A stretch of DNA of 32,000 nt from Candidatus Saccharibacteria bacterium oral taxon 488. GTDB lineage: Bacteria > Patescibacteriota > Saccharimonadia > Saccharimonadales > Saccharimonadaceae. The notes under the pieces were generated by a model. The model had not been told where the DNA came from and made no database searches. It saw only the letters and a list, made by a program, of their open reading frames with translations. The stretch lies in assembly GCA_010202845.1 (NCBI GenBank), contig CP047921.1:480001-512000 (forward strand), given 5' to 3'. Shown here one piece after another: positions 1 through 10,100 of this stretch; the first letter of the stretch is position 1; every line of letters starts with the position of its first letter. A program made the position numbers and the translations under genes.

Positions 1-261
1 CTTCCATTCATTATCAGCAGTATCAAATCGATAATACCTAGTACCGCAAGTTGGCATCGCGTGAAACCGCTGAAGCAACTCAGGCTGAACATTAAGCCGA
101 TCAATCACCTGCTTTTTAATCTGCTGGAATGTGCCGCCCGTAATGACGCACGCGTCATAATTTTCAAGCAACTGGCTAAGAATGCCGGCCATCCGATCGC
201 TAATTGGTGACTTGGTAATAGCTAGCGTGTCATCCAAATCAAACCCGATAATTTTTTTCAT
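1..261 (-). CDS. HAD-superfamily (IIB/phosphomannomutase-like) hydrolase, N-terminal part; the gene runs off the window start
   Basis: Own translation of the minus strand from ATG at 261..259 gives MKKIIGFDLDDTLAITKSPISDRMAGILSQLLENYDACVITGGTFQQIKKQ..., with HAD motif I DxDxT. It is open to position 1. The start overlaps the tyrS stop (TAATG). It is absent from the ORF track because there is no stop in the window. Confidence 0.6.
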   Translation of the reverse strand, partial: MKKIIGFDLDDTLAITKSPISDRMAGILSQLLENYDACVITGGTFQQIKKQVIDRLNVQPELLQRFHAMPTCGTRYYRFDTADNEWK

Positions 262-1490
262 TATTCCTCTCCTTCCATATTTTCTGCAACTAGAATAAAC
301 GTATTTTTACCTTTTTTCAACAAAGATTGATTGTTGATGGCTCGGTCATTAGCCAGTTTTTCGCCGTTAAGGCTGATGGCGCCAGATTTGAGCAGGCGTC
401 TGGCCTCGCCGTTAGAACTGACCGCACCAGAGACCACCAACGCTTCAATCACGCCGACGCCGACATCAACACGTGGAATTTCTTTGGCCAGGGTGTCCAA
501 ATCATCGTCCGACAGTTGCCGAAAATCGCCGCCGCCAAACAATACTTCCGTCACCCGCTCCACTGATTCGCGCCGATTGACGCCGTGGACGATGTCGGTG
601 ACTTCACGCGCCAAAACTTTCTGTGCCGAGCGCGCACCTGGATTGACGGCGTGGTTTTCAGCGATGGCCTCAATGGTATCGCGGTCAAGCATAGTAAAGA
701 TTTTCATGTATTCGATGGCGCTTTCGTCATCAACGTTCAGCCAGAATTGATAGAACTTGTAGACGCTGGTTTTGTTTTCGTCCAGCCACACGGCGCCACC
801 TTCGGATTTGCCAAATTTACGACCGGTTGATTTGTTGATGAGCAGCGGCGCGGTCATGGCGTAGACTTCGGTGTTTTCTTTTTTGCGGATCAACTCCACG
901 CCCGAGAGCAAATTACCCCATTGATCGGAACCGCCAATTTGCAAATTAACGCCGTAATGCTTGAACAAGTGCCAGAAATCATAGCCCTGCAGCAACGTGT
1001 AAGTAAATTCAGCAAAACTCAGGCCCTTGCCATTAGCAATACGCGCCTTAAAAAATTCCCGCGTCGTTAACTCTGCCATGTTGAAATTCTTACCAATGTC
1101 GCGGAGAAATGGAATCAGTTCCAGACTGCCCAGCCAATCCGCATTATCCACCAAGGTAAAATCGCGTCCAGCAAAAATTTGCGACACTTGCGCCTTTAGG
1201 GCCCGTTTATTATGCTCAATTTCTGCATAAGAAAGTAAGTTCCGCTCCTCAGTGTCGCGCATATCACCAATCATCCCGGTGCCACCACCAACCAGCAAAA
1301 ACACCCTGTGACCGCGCTCCAAAAAATGCCGCACCATCATATAGACCGCCAGATGCCCGACATGCAAACTGTCCGCCGACGGGTCTGTCCCCAAATAGAG
1401 CGTAAAATTTCCCGAATCAATACGCCCATCATCGGTGAATGTCGCTTGATTCCAAAACCCGCGCCACTTTAGCTCCTCTGATAATTGCAT
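261..1490 (-). CDS. tyrS: tyrosine--tRNA ligase
   Basis: 409 aa. Class I HIGH motif (HVGH), KMSKS-type motif (KFGKS) and a C-terminal S4-like domain. AAGGAGG Shine-Dalgarno sequence upstream of the ATG. Confidence 0.95.
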   Translation of the reverse strand: MQLSEELKWRGFWNQATFTDDGRIDSGNFTLYLGTDPSADSLHVGHLAVYMMVRHFLERGHRVFLLVGGGTGMIGDMRDTEERNLLSYAEIEHNKRALKAQVSQIFAGRDFTLVDNADWLGSLELIPFLRDIGKNFNMAELTTREFFKARIANGKGLSFAEFTYTLLQGYDFWHLFKHYGVNLQIGGSDQWGNLLSGVELIRKKENTEVYAMTAPLLINKSTGRKFGKSEGGAVWLDENKTSVYKFYQFWLNVDDESAIEYMKIFTMLDRDTIEAIAENHAVNPGARSAQKVLAREVTDIVHGVNRRESVERVTEVLFGGGDFRQLSDDDLDTLAKEIPRVDVGVGVIEALVVSGAVSSNGEARRLLKSGAISLNGEKLANDRAINNQSLLKKGKNTFILVAENMEGEE

Positions 1491-1529
1491 ATTCCTCCTT
1501 TTCTGGTTATTAGTATAGCAATTTTATGA

Positions 1530-1557
1530 TTGAAGCGAAACATAGGCGTGATATAAT
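1530..1557 (+). promoter_or_regulatory. sigma70-like promoter: TTGAAG-16 nt-TGaTATAAT
   Basis: -35 at 1530-1535 and extended -10 at 1549-1557. The -10 ends 6 nt before the GTG at 1564, and there is no SD in between. Confidence 0.5.
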
Positions 1558-1563
1558 AATACT

Positions 1564-4272
1564 GTGAACAAGAAACCCTCAGATAAGCAGTCGGACGCCA
1601 GCGCAAAATCGGCGCCGTCGCGTCCGCATCCAAAGCCGGCAAAACGGCTGAGTGTCTATGCAAACTTGGCGAATAAGCGTCGGCTCAAGAAGGATAAGCG
1701 CTCCCGCGAAAAAGCAGAGTACCTGGCGAGCCTACCAAAGCACCCCGTCAAGCGGTTCTTTTACCGCCTTCATCCGAAGCGCGTCTTTCGCTACTGGTTC
1801 TCCAAGCGCGGCGGCTTAATGGCGCTCAAGATCCTTGGCGTCGCCATTGTTGCGGTGATTATCCTGATCGGCGGCTTGTTCGCCTACTTCCGCAAAGATC
1901 TCGACAAGATCCGCCCAGGCGAACTCGCCAAGCGCGTCCAAACGACCGTCACCAAATACTATGACCGCAACGGTGCGCTGCTCTGGGAAGATAAGGGTAC
2001 GGATAATTACAAGCTAGTGGTTGAGGCTGATAAAATTAGCGATTACCTCAAGAAAGCGACCATCGCCATCGAGGATCGTGATTTTTATAAGCACCACGGC
2101 ATCAGCATCAGCGGTCTGACCCGCGCTATGTTTAGTACGGCGTCAGGTCGGCAGGTTCAGGGTGGCTCGACACTAACGCAGCAGCTGGTCAAGCAAGTCT
2201 TCTTTGCCGATGACGCCGATAAACGTGGCCTTAGTGGTATTCCACGCAAGATCAAGGAAATTATCTTGGCGATCGAGGTTGAGCGGATGTACAACAAAGA
2301 GCAGATCCTCACGCTCTATCTCAACCAGGCACCATACGGCGGTCGGCGCAATGGCGCAGAATCAGCCGCTCAAACATACTTTGGCAAGTCTGCCAAGGAT
2401 CTCACTCTGGCCGAGGCAGCGCTGCTAGCTTCAATTCCGCAAAACCCGAGCACGTTCAATCCGTACAATATCGCTGGCCGCAAGATGCTGTTGTCGCGCC
2501 AGCACACGACGCTGGACTACATGCTGGAACAGGGCTACATCACTGAAGCGCAGGCCAAAGAAGCCAAGCAGTATCCGATCCTTGACAAGATCAAGCCCGA
2601 GACCGAGCAGCTAGCCGGCATCAAGGCGCCGCATTTCGTGCTCATGGTGCGCAACCAACTGGAGCGTGAACTCGGTAAAGCGGTCGTTGGCCGCGGCGGA
2701 CTGACTGTCAAGACGACGCTGGATTGGAGGATTCAGGAGAAGCTCGAAACAGAGATGAAAGCCTTCTTTGACTCAGGCCGTCCGGGTCGAGTGCGCATTA
2801 GTAACGGCGCGGCAACGGTTGAGGACGCACAGACTGGACAGATTGTCGCCCTCGTCGGTAGTCGTGATTTCAATTATGCCGGCTTTGGGCAGGATAACGC
2901 CGCCACCGCCTTTATCCAGCCGGGCTCGACCATCAAGGCTTTCGACTATGCCAAGCTGTTTGAGAATCGCGGCAGTAATCAACAAAATTACGGCTCAGGC
3001 TCAATCCTCAGCGACGAGAACATAGACAAGATTTATGGCGCCAAGCTGAACAACTGGGATCGACGATTTATGGGAAGTATTTCTATTCGCCGTTCGCTAG
3101 CGCTTTCCCGTAACATCCCAGCGGTCAAGGCAATGTACATCGCAGGTAACGGCTCACCAAAACCAACCGTTGACTATATTCACAACATGGGTAATACCAA
3201 TTATTGCCAACAAGAGGAAGCGGCCGGCGGCTACGGCTTGTCAGCAGCCATTGGCGCCTGCGGTACGAAGCAGACCGAGTTAGTGAATGCTTATGGCACC
3301 TTTGCCCGCATGGGCGTCGCCAAGCCAAGCACCAACGTCCTCGAGGTAACCAACAGCCAGGGTGATACGTTAAAGAAATGGAAAGACGAGAGCAAACAGG
3401 CAACCGACCCGCAAGTCGCCTACATCATCAATGACATCTTGGGTGACGCGGACGCGGCGCGCGACCTGCACGGTTATGGCGCAATGAATGTGCCTGGTGT
3501 TAGAACCGCCGCCAAGACCGGTACTACCGACAAAAACGGCCACGCCAAGGATGTCTGGATCGTTAACTATAGCCCGGCGCTGGTCATGGGTATGTGGCTC
3601 GGTAATTCCGACACCAGTACCATCAACACCCCGAACTCGGCCTTTGGTATGCCGGTGGTGCGTAACGTTATGTCATTTGCTCACAACGAGGTCTATGCCA
3701 AACAGGGCAAATGGAAGCCAAATGATTGGTTCAAGCGGCCAAATGGTATCCAGCAGCAAGGCAAAGAGCTCTATCCATCGTGGTGGAATAAAAAACAGGG
3801 CGAGACTACTGAAAAGATTAAGTTTGACCGCGTCTCCAAGAAAAAGGCGACAAATTGTACGCCAGCTGACGCCATCGAGGAAATTGAGGTCACCAAGACC
3901 ATTGACCCGCTCACTAAGAAACCATCATACTCAGCGCCTGAAGGTTACGACGCCAACGCTGATGACGATAAGCACAAATGTGACGACGCCAAGCCAAGTG
4001 TCAGCCTATCACTTTCTGGCTCTGGCTCCAACCGCACCATCACCGCCCGCGCCACCAACGGCACATTCCCGCTCACCTCAATTGACATCCTCGTTGATGG
4101 TCGCAGCGTCAAAAGCGAGTCGATCTCCGGTAGTGGCGGCAGTGTTTCGGTTGATATCAGGGTCAGTAGCCCAGGTCGGCACACCATTCAGGCGATCGCC
4201 CGCGACGAAGGCTACTATACTGCATCAGACAGCGGCAGCTTCTCGGTAGGCAGCAGCTCAAGCTCCGACTAA
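1564..4272 (+). CDS. class A penicillin-binding protein (PBP1A-type glycosyltransferase/transpeptidase)
   Basis: 902 aa with a GTG start. Basic N-terminal tail followed by a TM anchor. GT51 motifs EDRDFYKHHGI and GGSTLTQQ. Transpeptidase motifs STIK, SRN and KTGT. C-terminal Ser/Gly-rich beta-rich extension. Confidence 0.9.
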   Translation: MNKKPSDKQSDASAKSAPSRPHPKPAKRLSVYANLANKRRLKKDKRSREKAEYLASLPKHPVKRFFYRLHPKRVFRYWFSKRGGLMALKILGVAIVAVIILIGGLFAYFRKDLDKIRPGELAKRVQTTVTKYYDRNGALLWEDKGTDNYKLVVEADKISDYLKKATIAIEDRDFYKHHGISISGLTRAMFSTASGRQVQGGSTLTQQLVKQVFFADDADKRGLSGIPRKIKEIILAIEVERMYNKEQILTLYLNQAPYGGRRNGAESAAQTYFGKSAKDLTLAEAALLASIPQNPSTFNPYNIAGRKMLLSRQHTTLDYMLEQGYITEAQAKEAKQYPILDKIKPETEQLAGIKAPHFVLMVRNQLERELGKAVVGRGGLTVKTTLDWRIQEKLETEMKAFFDSGRPGRVRISNGAATVEDAQTGQIVALVGSRDFNYAGFGQDNAATAFIQPGSTIKAFDYAKLFENRGSNQQNYGSGSILSDENIDKIYGAKLNNWDRRFMGSISIRRSLALSRNIPAVKAMYIAGNGSPKPTVDYIHNMGNTNYCQQEEAAGGYGLSAAIGACGTKQTELVNAYGTFARMGVAKPSTNVLEVTNSQGDTLKKWKDESKQATDPQVAYIINDILGDADAARDLHGYGAMNVPGVRTAAKTGTTDKNGHAKDVWIVNYSPALVMGMWLGNSDTSTINTPNSAFGMPVVRNVMSFAHNEVYAKQGKWKPNDWFKRPNGIQQQGKELYPSWWNKKQGETTEKIKFDRVSKKKATNCTPADAIEEIEVTKTIDPLTKKPSYSAPEGYDANADDDKHKCDDAKPSVSLSLSGSGSNRTITARATNGTFPLTSIDILVDGRSVKSESISGSGGSVSVDIRVSSPGRHTIQAIARDEGYYTASDSGSFSVGSSSSSD

Positions 4273-4300
4273 TCCGCCCCTCTTTCCCCTTGTGACACAT

Positions 4301-4329
4301 AAAAACCAGACCGCTTTAGTCTGGTTTTT
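4301..4329. terminator. bidirectional intrinsic terminator between convergent genes
   Basis: AAAAA-CCAGAC-7 nt loop-GTCTGG-TTTTT. The A-run and T-run flank a perfect 6-bp stem, extendable by A-U pairs. Confidence 0.75.
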
Positions 4330-4350
4330 ACTTCTTCTTAGTCTTAGCGA

Positions 4351-5256
4351 CTATTGCTCATTAACCATCCGGATCAAGTCAGCCTCACGCTGCGCCTGGG
4401 TCTTGGGGCGAGCCGAACGGTGACCTTGAGCTGCGGCGCGCGAGGCATCAGGTTTCGTCGCCTTGTTGGTTTGCGGCCGACGACCGGTGGAGCGCTGCTT
4501 GGATTGTTTGGGGGCAGCTTGAGCTGGTGACTGTTGCGCCGCCTCTTTTGCTTCTTTTGGCTCGGCGCAAACTTTCGCAAACATCATCTTGCCAGCGTCG
4601 GTCTGTAGGCTACGAATAATTTCAATGCGTTTTTTCTGGCCCAGGAACTTTTTGGCTTGCTCAACCACCACCATCGTACCGTCATGCAAGTAGCCGACCG
4701 CCTGATGAGAATCCTGACCTTTTTGCGTCAATTCCAGCACCAGCTCATCGCCAGGCAAATAGCTCATCCGCAGGCTCTTGGCTAGCTCATTGATATTGAG
4801 AATCTGAATGCCTTCGACTTGCGCCACCTTGTTCAGGTTGTAATCCAGTGTCAGAATAGCACCGTTCATTTCCTTGGCAAGCTGCAACAAGCGGTTATCT
4901 ACCCCCTCGGGAATGCGCGTCGCATCGTCAAGCAACGTGAACGAGCCGCCCAACACATCCTTTAGTTCCTTCATGGCGTCCATACCGAAGCGGGCGCGCT
5001 CGCGCTTGGCATGATCAGCACCGTCAGCCAACAATTGCAGTTCGATCAGTACACTGCGCGGCACGATGATCTGCCCCAATAGGAACCCGGTTTTTGCCAA
5101 GTCGACTACCCGGCCGTCCATCAACACTGAAGTGTCAACCAGAATCGGCAGCTGCGTGCCACTACCTGCCTGCCGCCGCGGCTTAACCAATAGATATATC
5201 TCCGCCATGATAGCCAGCAGCATGATAATGATGAGAAGTTCAATTGTTTTTTCCAT
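4351..5256 (-). CDS. PIN/TRAM domain protein (YacL-like) with an N-terminal TM segment and a basic low-complexity C-terminal tail
   Basis: 301 aa. N-terminal hydrophobic helix, a PIN-like core (ILVDTSVLMDGR...), a TRAM-like segment (AVGYLHDGTMVVVEQA...AGKMMFAKV), then a K/Q/A/P/R-rich tail. Confidence 0.8.
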   Translation of the reverse strand: MEKTIELLIIIMLLAIMAEIYLLVKPRRQAGSGTQLPILVDTSVLMDGRVVDLAKTGFLLGQIIVPRSVLIELQLLADGADHAKRERARFGMDAMKELKDVLGGSFTLLDDATRIPEGVDNRLLQLAKEMNGAILTLDYNLNKVAQVEGIQILNINELAKSLRMSYLPGDELVLELTQKGQDSHQAVGYLHDGTMVVVEQAKKFLGQKKRIEIIRSLQTDAGKMMFAKVCAEPKEAKEAAQQSPAQAAPKQSKQRSTGRRPQTNKATKPDASRAAAQGHRSARPKTQAQREADLIRMVNEQ

Positions 5257-5281
5257 AATAATTTCCTTTTATCTAATAATG

Positions 5282-6634
5282 TTATTGTAAATAGTCAATC
5301 AGCGCCTGTCTGAGATCGCCGACACCGCGCACAAATGCGTCTTTGTGAGTTTTTGGCGCGATGGCGTAGGTAAAGCCGAGCTTCTTCGCCTCTTTGACAC
5401 GGGCGTGCCAGCCTTGAGCCGAGCGCACCTCGCCGCCCAAACCGACCTCGCCAAACACCACGGCTTCGTCGCTGAGTTTGCGGCCAGCTGAGGCTGAGGC
5501 AATGGCCATGGCCACTGCCAAGTCTGCCGCTGGGTCGCTCAGTTTCAAGCCGCCAACCACATTGATGTAAATATCTTTGTCGGAGAGATTGAGCTTGGTG
5601 CGCTTTTCCAGCACCGCCACCAACAAGTTCAAGCGGTTGAGATCAAAACCGCTGGCCGCGCGTTTGGGATAGCCAAAATTCGTCGGATTGACCAGCGCCT
5701 GAATCTCCACCAGTAGCGGCCGTGCCCCTTCCATGGTGGCTAGGACGATTGAGCCGTCGAGGTTTTGCCGCTCCGCCAGTAAACTAGCCGACGGATTAGC
5801 TACAATCCGTAAGCCATCCTCGTGCATCTCAAAAATTGCTGCCTCATTGGTCGAGCCATAGCGATTTTTCTGCGCCCGCACCACCCGGAAGCCGCCGTAG
5901 CGATCGCCCTCAAAATTCAGCACCACGTCAACCAAATGTTCCAGGACTTTCGGCCCGGCGATTGAACCTTCTTTGGTGACGTGGCCGACCAGAATCACTG
6001 CAGTATTCGCGGCCTTGGCGGCGCGAATGATGACGTTGGATGAGTTAGTGATTTGACTAACTGAACCTGGCGCTGAGGCAATTTCTGCGAGCGACAATGT
6101 TTGTATGGAATCGACGATCACCAGATCATACTGGCCAGTCTGGATGGAGGCGGCGATATCTTCGGCGCTATTGCTGGACGCCAGCTGCAGGCTGTCTGAG
6201 TCAACCGCGCCCAACCGCTCAGCCCGCAGCTTGACCTGTGACACCGACTCTTCGCCACTGACGTAGAGCACTGGTTGCTGCCGGGCAACAAACGCCGCGA
6301 CTTGCGCCAACAGGGTACTTTTTCCAATCCCCGGCTGCCCCGCCACCAGCACCACACCGCCTGGCAAAAAGCCGCCGCCGAGTACCGCGTCAAGGTCAGC
6401 AATGCCGGTTGCTAGCCGTGCTTGTTTGGCCTCGGCAGCTGTTTCGCTGAGCTTGAGCGCAGTCAGCGCCTTGCCTTTGCCGCTACTGCGAGCCACCGCC
6501 GAGGCGCCGGTGTCAACTGGCAGTTGCTCAACCAGCGAATTCCACTCGCCGCAATTTTCGCACTTGCCGATCCATTTCGGATAGCTAGCGCCACACTGCT
6601 GGCAGATGAACTGTGATTTTGCCCGCGCCATCAC
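5282..6634 (-). CDS. radA: DNA repair protein RadA/Sms
   Basis: 450 aa. Zinc finger CQQCGx10CENCGEWN, Walker A GQPGIGKST, KNRYG motif and a Lon-like C-terminal domain. The track start is GTG at 6634; the ATG at 6631 (TGATG overlap with the upstream stop) is equally plausible. Confidence 0.95.
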   Translation of the reverse strand: MMARAKSQFICQQCGASYPKWIGKCENCGEWNSLVEQLPVDTGASAVARSSGKGKALTALKLSETAAEAKQARLATGIADLDAVLGGGFLPGGVVLVAGQPGIGKSTLLAQVAAFVARQQPVLYVSGEESVSQVKLRAERLGAVDSDSLQLASSNSAEDIAASIQTGQYDLVIVDSIQTLSLAEIASAPGSVSQITNSSNVIIRAAKAANTAVILVGHVTKEGSIAGPKVLEHLVDVVLNFEGDRYGGFRVVRAQKNRYGSTNEAAIFEMHEDGLRIVANPSASLLAERQNLDGSIVLATMEGARPLLVEIQALVNPTNFGYPKRAASGFDLNRLNLLVAVLEKRTKLNLSDKDIYINVVGGLKLSDPAADLAVAMAIASASAGRKLSDEAVVFGEVGLGGEVRSAQGWHARVKEAKKLGFTYAIAPKTHKDAFVRGVGDLRQALIDYLQ

Positions 6635-7608
6635 TGGACCGCCTTTTGACTGTCGAGGCTCTGATTGAGCTGGTCAATCTTGCGCCCCAATGCGTTCAAT
6701 TTCTCGACATCAGTGTTGTAAGCATCGACCTTACCCTCGATAGTCTGTCGCTCACGACGAAGCGCCAGGCCGCGCTGGCTCAGCCGTGCTCGCTCAGCCT
6801 GAAACTCAGCTTGCGTCTGAAAACCACCGGTCGCCGCCCGTTGATTAAACGCCGCGACATCTTGGTTATAAGCGCTCATACGCGCACTATATGACGCCAC
6901 CAGTTGCTCAATGTCGTGCTTTCGCTTGGCGAGACTAGCCGTCAATGCGTCAGCCTCGGCCTCGGCATTAGTGAACTTTTCATTATATTGAGCATGCAAC
7001 TTCACCAGCGCCGCTCGATCGCTGAAATACTCAGCATAATGCGCTTCCAGCTCCGCCCCAAGATCAGTAAATTCCGTGCCCAAAATGGAATGTAGCTCAT
7101 TGGCACGTGTACCCGGCTGTGCCCGTTCATAATACGCCATCCGCTCCTCCAGCTTTTTAGTCTTGACCTTGGTATAAGCCGCCTCCAGCAGCTCGCCCAG
7201 CCGCCGACGCTGCTCCGCCGAATAGCGCGACCAGGCTACGTGCAGCATTTCGTGAGCCGCCGTCACCTCTTTGATACCGTCTAGCTCCGTGTTCTGCACG
7301 TTATAAATGTGAATGGTCTCTTTGGCGTGGGCGTAACAGCCGACGATCGGGCTGGCCTGTTCGACACGACGGCAATCCTGATTAAATTGCGTAGCGTTTT
7401 CCAGCCGCGGCTGCGCTAGATAAAAGCTAAATTTGGCCTTATCAGTCATCGTTGCCCGCCGTGCCAATGTTGCTATGTCCTGACTCGGTTGATACTGCCA
7501 GACCCTGATATGATCCAGCACTAGCTGGCGATTGAGCACTAGCCAGCTACCACCGGCCACCAACCCCACAAACACCACGACACCGAGGAAATTACGCAGC
7601 CTGAACAT
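6631..7608 (-). CDS. membrane-anchored hypothetical protein with an HExxH motif and a long coiled-coil C-terminus
   Basis: 325 aa. N-terminal TM (FLGVVVFVGLVAGGSWLVL), AAHEMLHVAW (HExxH), and a heptad-like A/E/Q/R-rich C-terminal ~130 aa. It overlaps the clpC stop by 17 nt and the radA start by 1-4 nt. Confidence 0.75.
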   Translation of the reverse strand: MFRLRNFLGVVVFVGLVAGGSWLVLNRQLVLDHIRVWQYQPSQDIATLARRATMTDKAKFSFYLAQPRLENATQFNQDCRRVEQASPIVGCYAHAKETIHIYNVQNTELDGIKEVTAAHEMLHVAWSRYSAEQRRRLGELLEAAYTKVKTKKLEERMAYYERAQPGTRANELHSILGTEFTDLGAELEAHYAEYFSDRAALVKLHAQYNEKFTNAEAEADALTASLAKRKHDIEQLVASYSARMSAYNQDVAAFNQRAATGGFQTQAEFQAERARLSQRGLALRRERQTIEGKVDAYNTDVEKLNALGRKIDQLNQSLDSQKAVQ

Positions 7609-10060
7609 TGATCACTACCTCACGATTTTTTGCAGTCGCTGTCAAGACCGCACCGGGACGGGCCTGACGAGACAATAAGACGTCACTGAGCGGGTCGGCC
7701 AACATTGTCTGAATCGTTTGTCTGAGCACCCGCGCACCACGCTGCTCATCGAAACCGTTATCTATGATACAACGCTTAGCGCTTGGCGTAATCACCAGCG
7801 TCATCTGCTGCGCCTGCACTGCTTCTTTAAGCTCACTCACGAAATTATCGAAAATCTTGCCCACCACCGGCCGAGTCAAGCTCTTGAAATTCACCACCGC
7901 ATCAAATCGCCCGATTAGCTCCGGCCGCAGTAACTCCTCCAGCTCGCGTCGCGCCGCCCGAGCGTTGCGCTCATTCACATCGTCCGCCCGTGAGGTACCG
8001 TCACTGTGCGAGCCAAAGCCCAGCTCACCGTCGCGCACCATCGCCTCGGCGCCAACATTGCTGGTCAAGATCACGATCGTCTGCTGGAAGCTCACCGACC
8101 GACCGCGCGAATCGCTCAGCTTGCCGTCTTCTAAAATCTGCAGTAGCAAGTTCAGTACATCCGGATGCGCCTTTTCAATCTCATCAAACAGCACCACGCT
8201 GTACGGCTGCCGGCGAACCTTATCAGTCAATTTACCGCCCTCATCATAGCCGACATAGCCAGCCGGCGCGCCAATCAACTGACTGGCTGTATGCCGCTCT
8301 GAAAACTCGCTCATGTCGATCTTGATCAAACTATTGTCACCGCCAAACACTTCCCGTGCCAACACGCGAGCTAACTCCGTCTTGCCCACACCAGTCGGCC
8401 CGAGAAAAATGAACGACCCAAGCGGCCCTGACCGCCGACTCAGCCCGGCCCGCGCCCGGCGAATGGTTCGCGCCAATGTCGCCACGGCCTCGTCCTGACC
8501 GAGCACCGACCGGCCTAGCCGCTGCTCCAGTGCCGCCAGATCTTTGCGCTCATTCACTGTCACTTTTTCCGCCGGCACACCAGCCATCGCCGCGACCGCT
8601 CGCCGTACATCATCCTCGGTTAATTCCGGCAATGCTGGATCGTCAGCCGGTAGCTGCTTAGCCTGCTGCTCCAGCTGCTTGATGCGCACCTTGAGTTCAG
8701 CCGCGCGTTGATATTGCTCAGCCTCGACCGCCGCATCGAGCTTGCCCGCTAGTTGTTTAATCCGCCGTGCTAGCTGCTGCTGCTTGGTTGGCTTGGCTGG
8801 CCGTTGCGTATTAACCAGTGCCGCTGCCTCATCGAGTACGTCAATCGCTTTGTCCGGTAAATGACGCTCCGTCACGTAGCGCTGACTGAGGGCTACGCTC
8901 AGCTTGATCATCTCATCAGAAATCCGCAGTCGATGGTGTGTCGCCAGCCGGCCTGCTAGCGCCCGCACCATGGCCACCGCCGCCTGCTCATCCGGCTCCG
9001 CCACCGTCACCGCCTGAAACCGCCGACTGAGGGCCGCGTCTTTTTCGATGTGCTTGCGGTATTCATCAAATGTCGTTGCGCCGATCACCCGTACCTCACC
9101 ACGCGCCAATGCTGGCTTTAGGACATTCGCCGCATCCATCGACCCCTCGGCCGAGCCAGCCCCGACCAATAAATGCAGCTCATCAATAAACAATATAATC
9201 TCCTGATGATTACGCGCTGCCGCCACCACTTTTTGTAAGCGCTCCTCAAACTGACCGCGAAACTTTGTACCAGCGACCATAGCTGTCAGGTCAAGCTGAA
9301 TCAGCCGCTTACCGACCAAAAACTCCGGCACCGTCCCGGCCGCAATACGCTGCGCCAGTCCTTCGACCACTGCGGTTTTACCGACACCCGGCTCGCCGAT
9401 CAGCGCTGGATTATTTTTGCCACGCCGCCCGAGTACCGTGATCAGCCGCTCTGTCTCAGCTTCCCGACCGACCACTGGATCGAGCAGTCCGCTCCGCGCT
9501 CGCTCGGTCATATCAACTCCGTACTGATCAAGGATCTTGAGATCAGCCGACCGACGAGTATGCGGTGCTACAGCTTCCTTCGACTCATCTTGCATGGCTT
9601 CCATCTGCTGCCGATCAAATACGTCCTCCAATGTACCGCGTAGCTCCTCCAGATCCACATTCATATCACTGAGCAACTTCGTCGCCCGAGCCTTGTGCTG
9701 CAGCAGCATGCTATAGACGATATGCTCAGTACCGATGCGCTCCTGTCCAAACTCCGTCGCTAGCTGCCAAGCCGTCCGTATCGTTTCCAGCACCTCGGCG
9801 TTCATGCCTTTGTGAACAACCACCACCACGAACGACTGCGCGGTTAAGCCTAGCGCCAACTCCGCCCGATCCAACGTCACGCCATTCTCCGCCAAAATCT
9901 TCGCACCCAGCGACGAATTTTGCGCCAGCACGCCGAGCAATACATGCTCGGTGCCGACATACGGACTACCACTATTATGCGCCAGCAGCCCGGCACGCTC
10001 TAAGCTGGCCTTGGCGGTATCAGTCAGCCGAGATTCTAACTCAGAAAAATCTTCCGGCAT
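7592..10060 (-). CDS. clpC: ClpC-type AAA+ ATPase (ATP-dependent Clp protease ATP-binding subunit)
   Basis: Two Clp_N repeats, Walker A motifs GEPGVGKT and GPTGVGKT, and a UVR-like coiled segment. I place the start at ATG 10060 (MPEDFSELE...) because AGGAGG lies 5-6 nt upstream. The track start at 10120 would overlap nusA. Confidence 0.9.
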   Translation of the reverse strand: MPEDFSELESRLTDTAKASLERAGLLAHNSGSPYVGTEHVLLGVLAQNSSLGAKILAENGVTLDRAELALGLTAQSFVVVVVHKGMNAEVLETIRTAWQLATEFGQERIGTEHIVYSMLLQHKARATKLLSDMNVDLEELRGTLEDVFDRQQMEAMQDESKEAVAPHTRRSADLKILDQYGVDMTERARSGLLDPVVGREAETERLITVLGRRGKNNPALIGEPGVGKTAVVEGLAQRIAAGTVPEFLVGKRLIQLDLTAMVAGTKFRGQFEERLQKVVAAARNHQEIILFIDELHLLVGAGSAEGSMDAANVLKPALARGEVRVIGATTFDEYRKHIEKDAALSRRFQAVTVAEPDEQAAVAMVRALAGRLATHHRLRISDEMIKLSVALSQRYVTERHLPDKAIDVLDEAAALVNTQRPAKPTKQQQLARRIKQLAGKLDAAVEAEQYQRAAELKVRIKQLEQQAKQLPADDPALPELTEDDVRRAVAAMAGVPAEKVTVNERKDLAALEQRLGRSVLGQDEAVATLARTIRRARAGLSRRSGPLGSFIFLGPTGVGKTELARVLAREVFGGDNSLIKIDMSEFSERHTASQLIGAPAGYVGYDEGGKLTDKVRRQPYSVVLFDEIEKAHPDVLNLLLQILEDGKLSDSRGRSVSFQQTIVILTSNVGAEAMVRDGELGFGSHSDGTSRADDVNERNARAARRELEELLRPELIGRFDAVVNFKSLTRPVVGKIFDNFVSELKEAVQAQQMTLVITPSAKRCIIDNGFDEQRGARVLRQTIQTMLADPLSDVLLSRQARPGAVLTATAKNREVVINVQAA

Positions 10061-10100
10061 ATCGCCCTCCTTTCGTTTTTGGCGATTGTCAGAAAGCAGC

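Noticed and set aside
3488-4249. 253-aa alternative-frame ORF inside the PBP1A gene. Similar long shadow ORFs occur at 331-750, 7764-8249, 10443-10943, 20687-21205, 20778-21365, 21416-21898, 25797-26255 and 26236-26664.
   Set aside because: All lie fully inside, or antisense to, genes with clear family motifs. Their products are Arg/Ser/Pro-rich low-complexity strings and they have no SD. These are the typical stop-poor off-frames of moderately GC-rich coding DNA.
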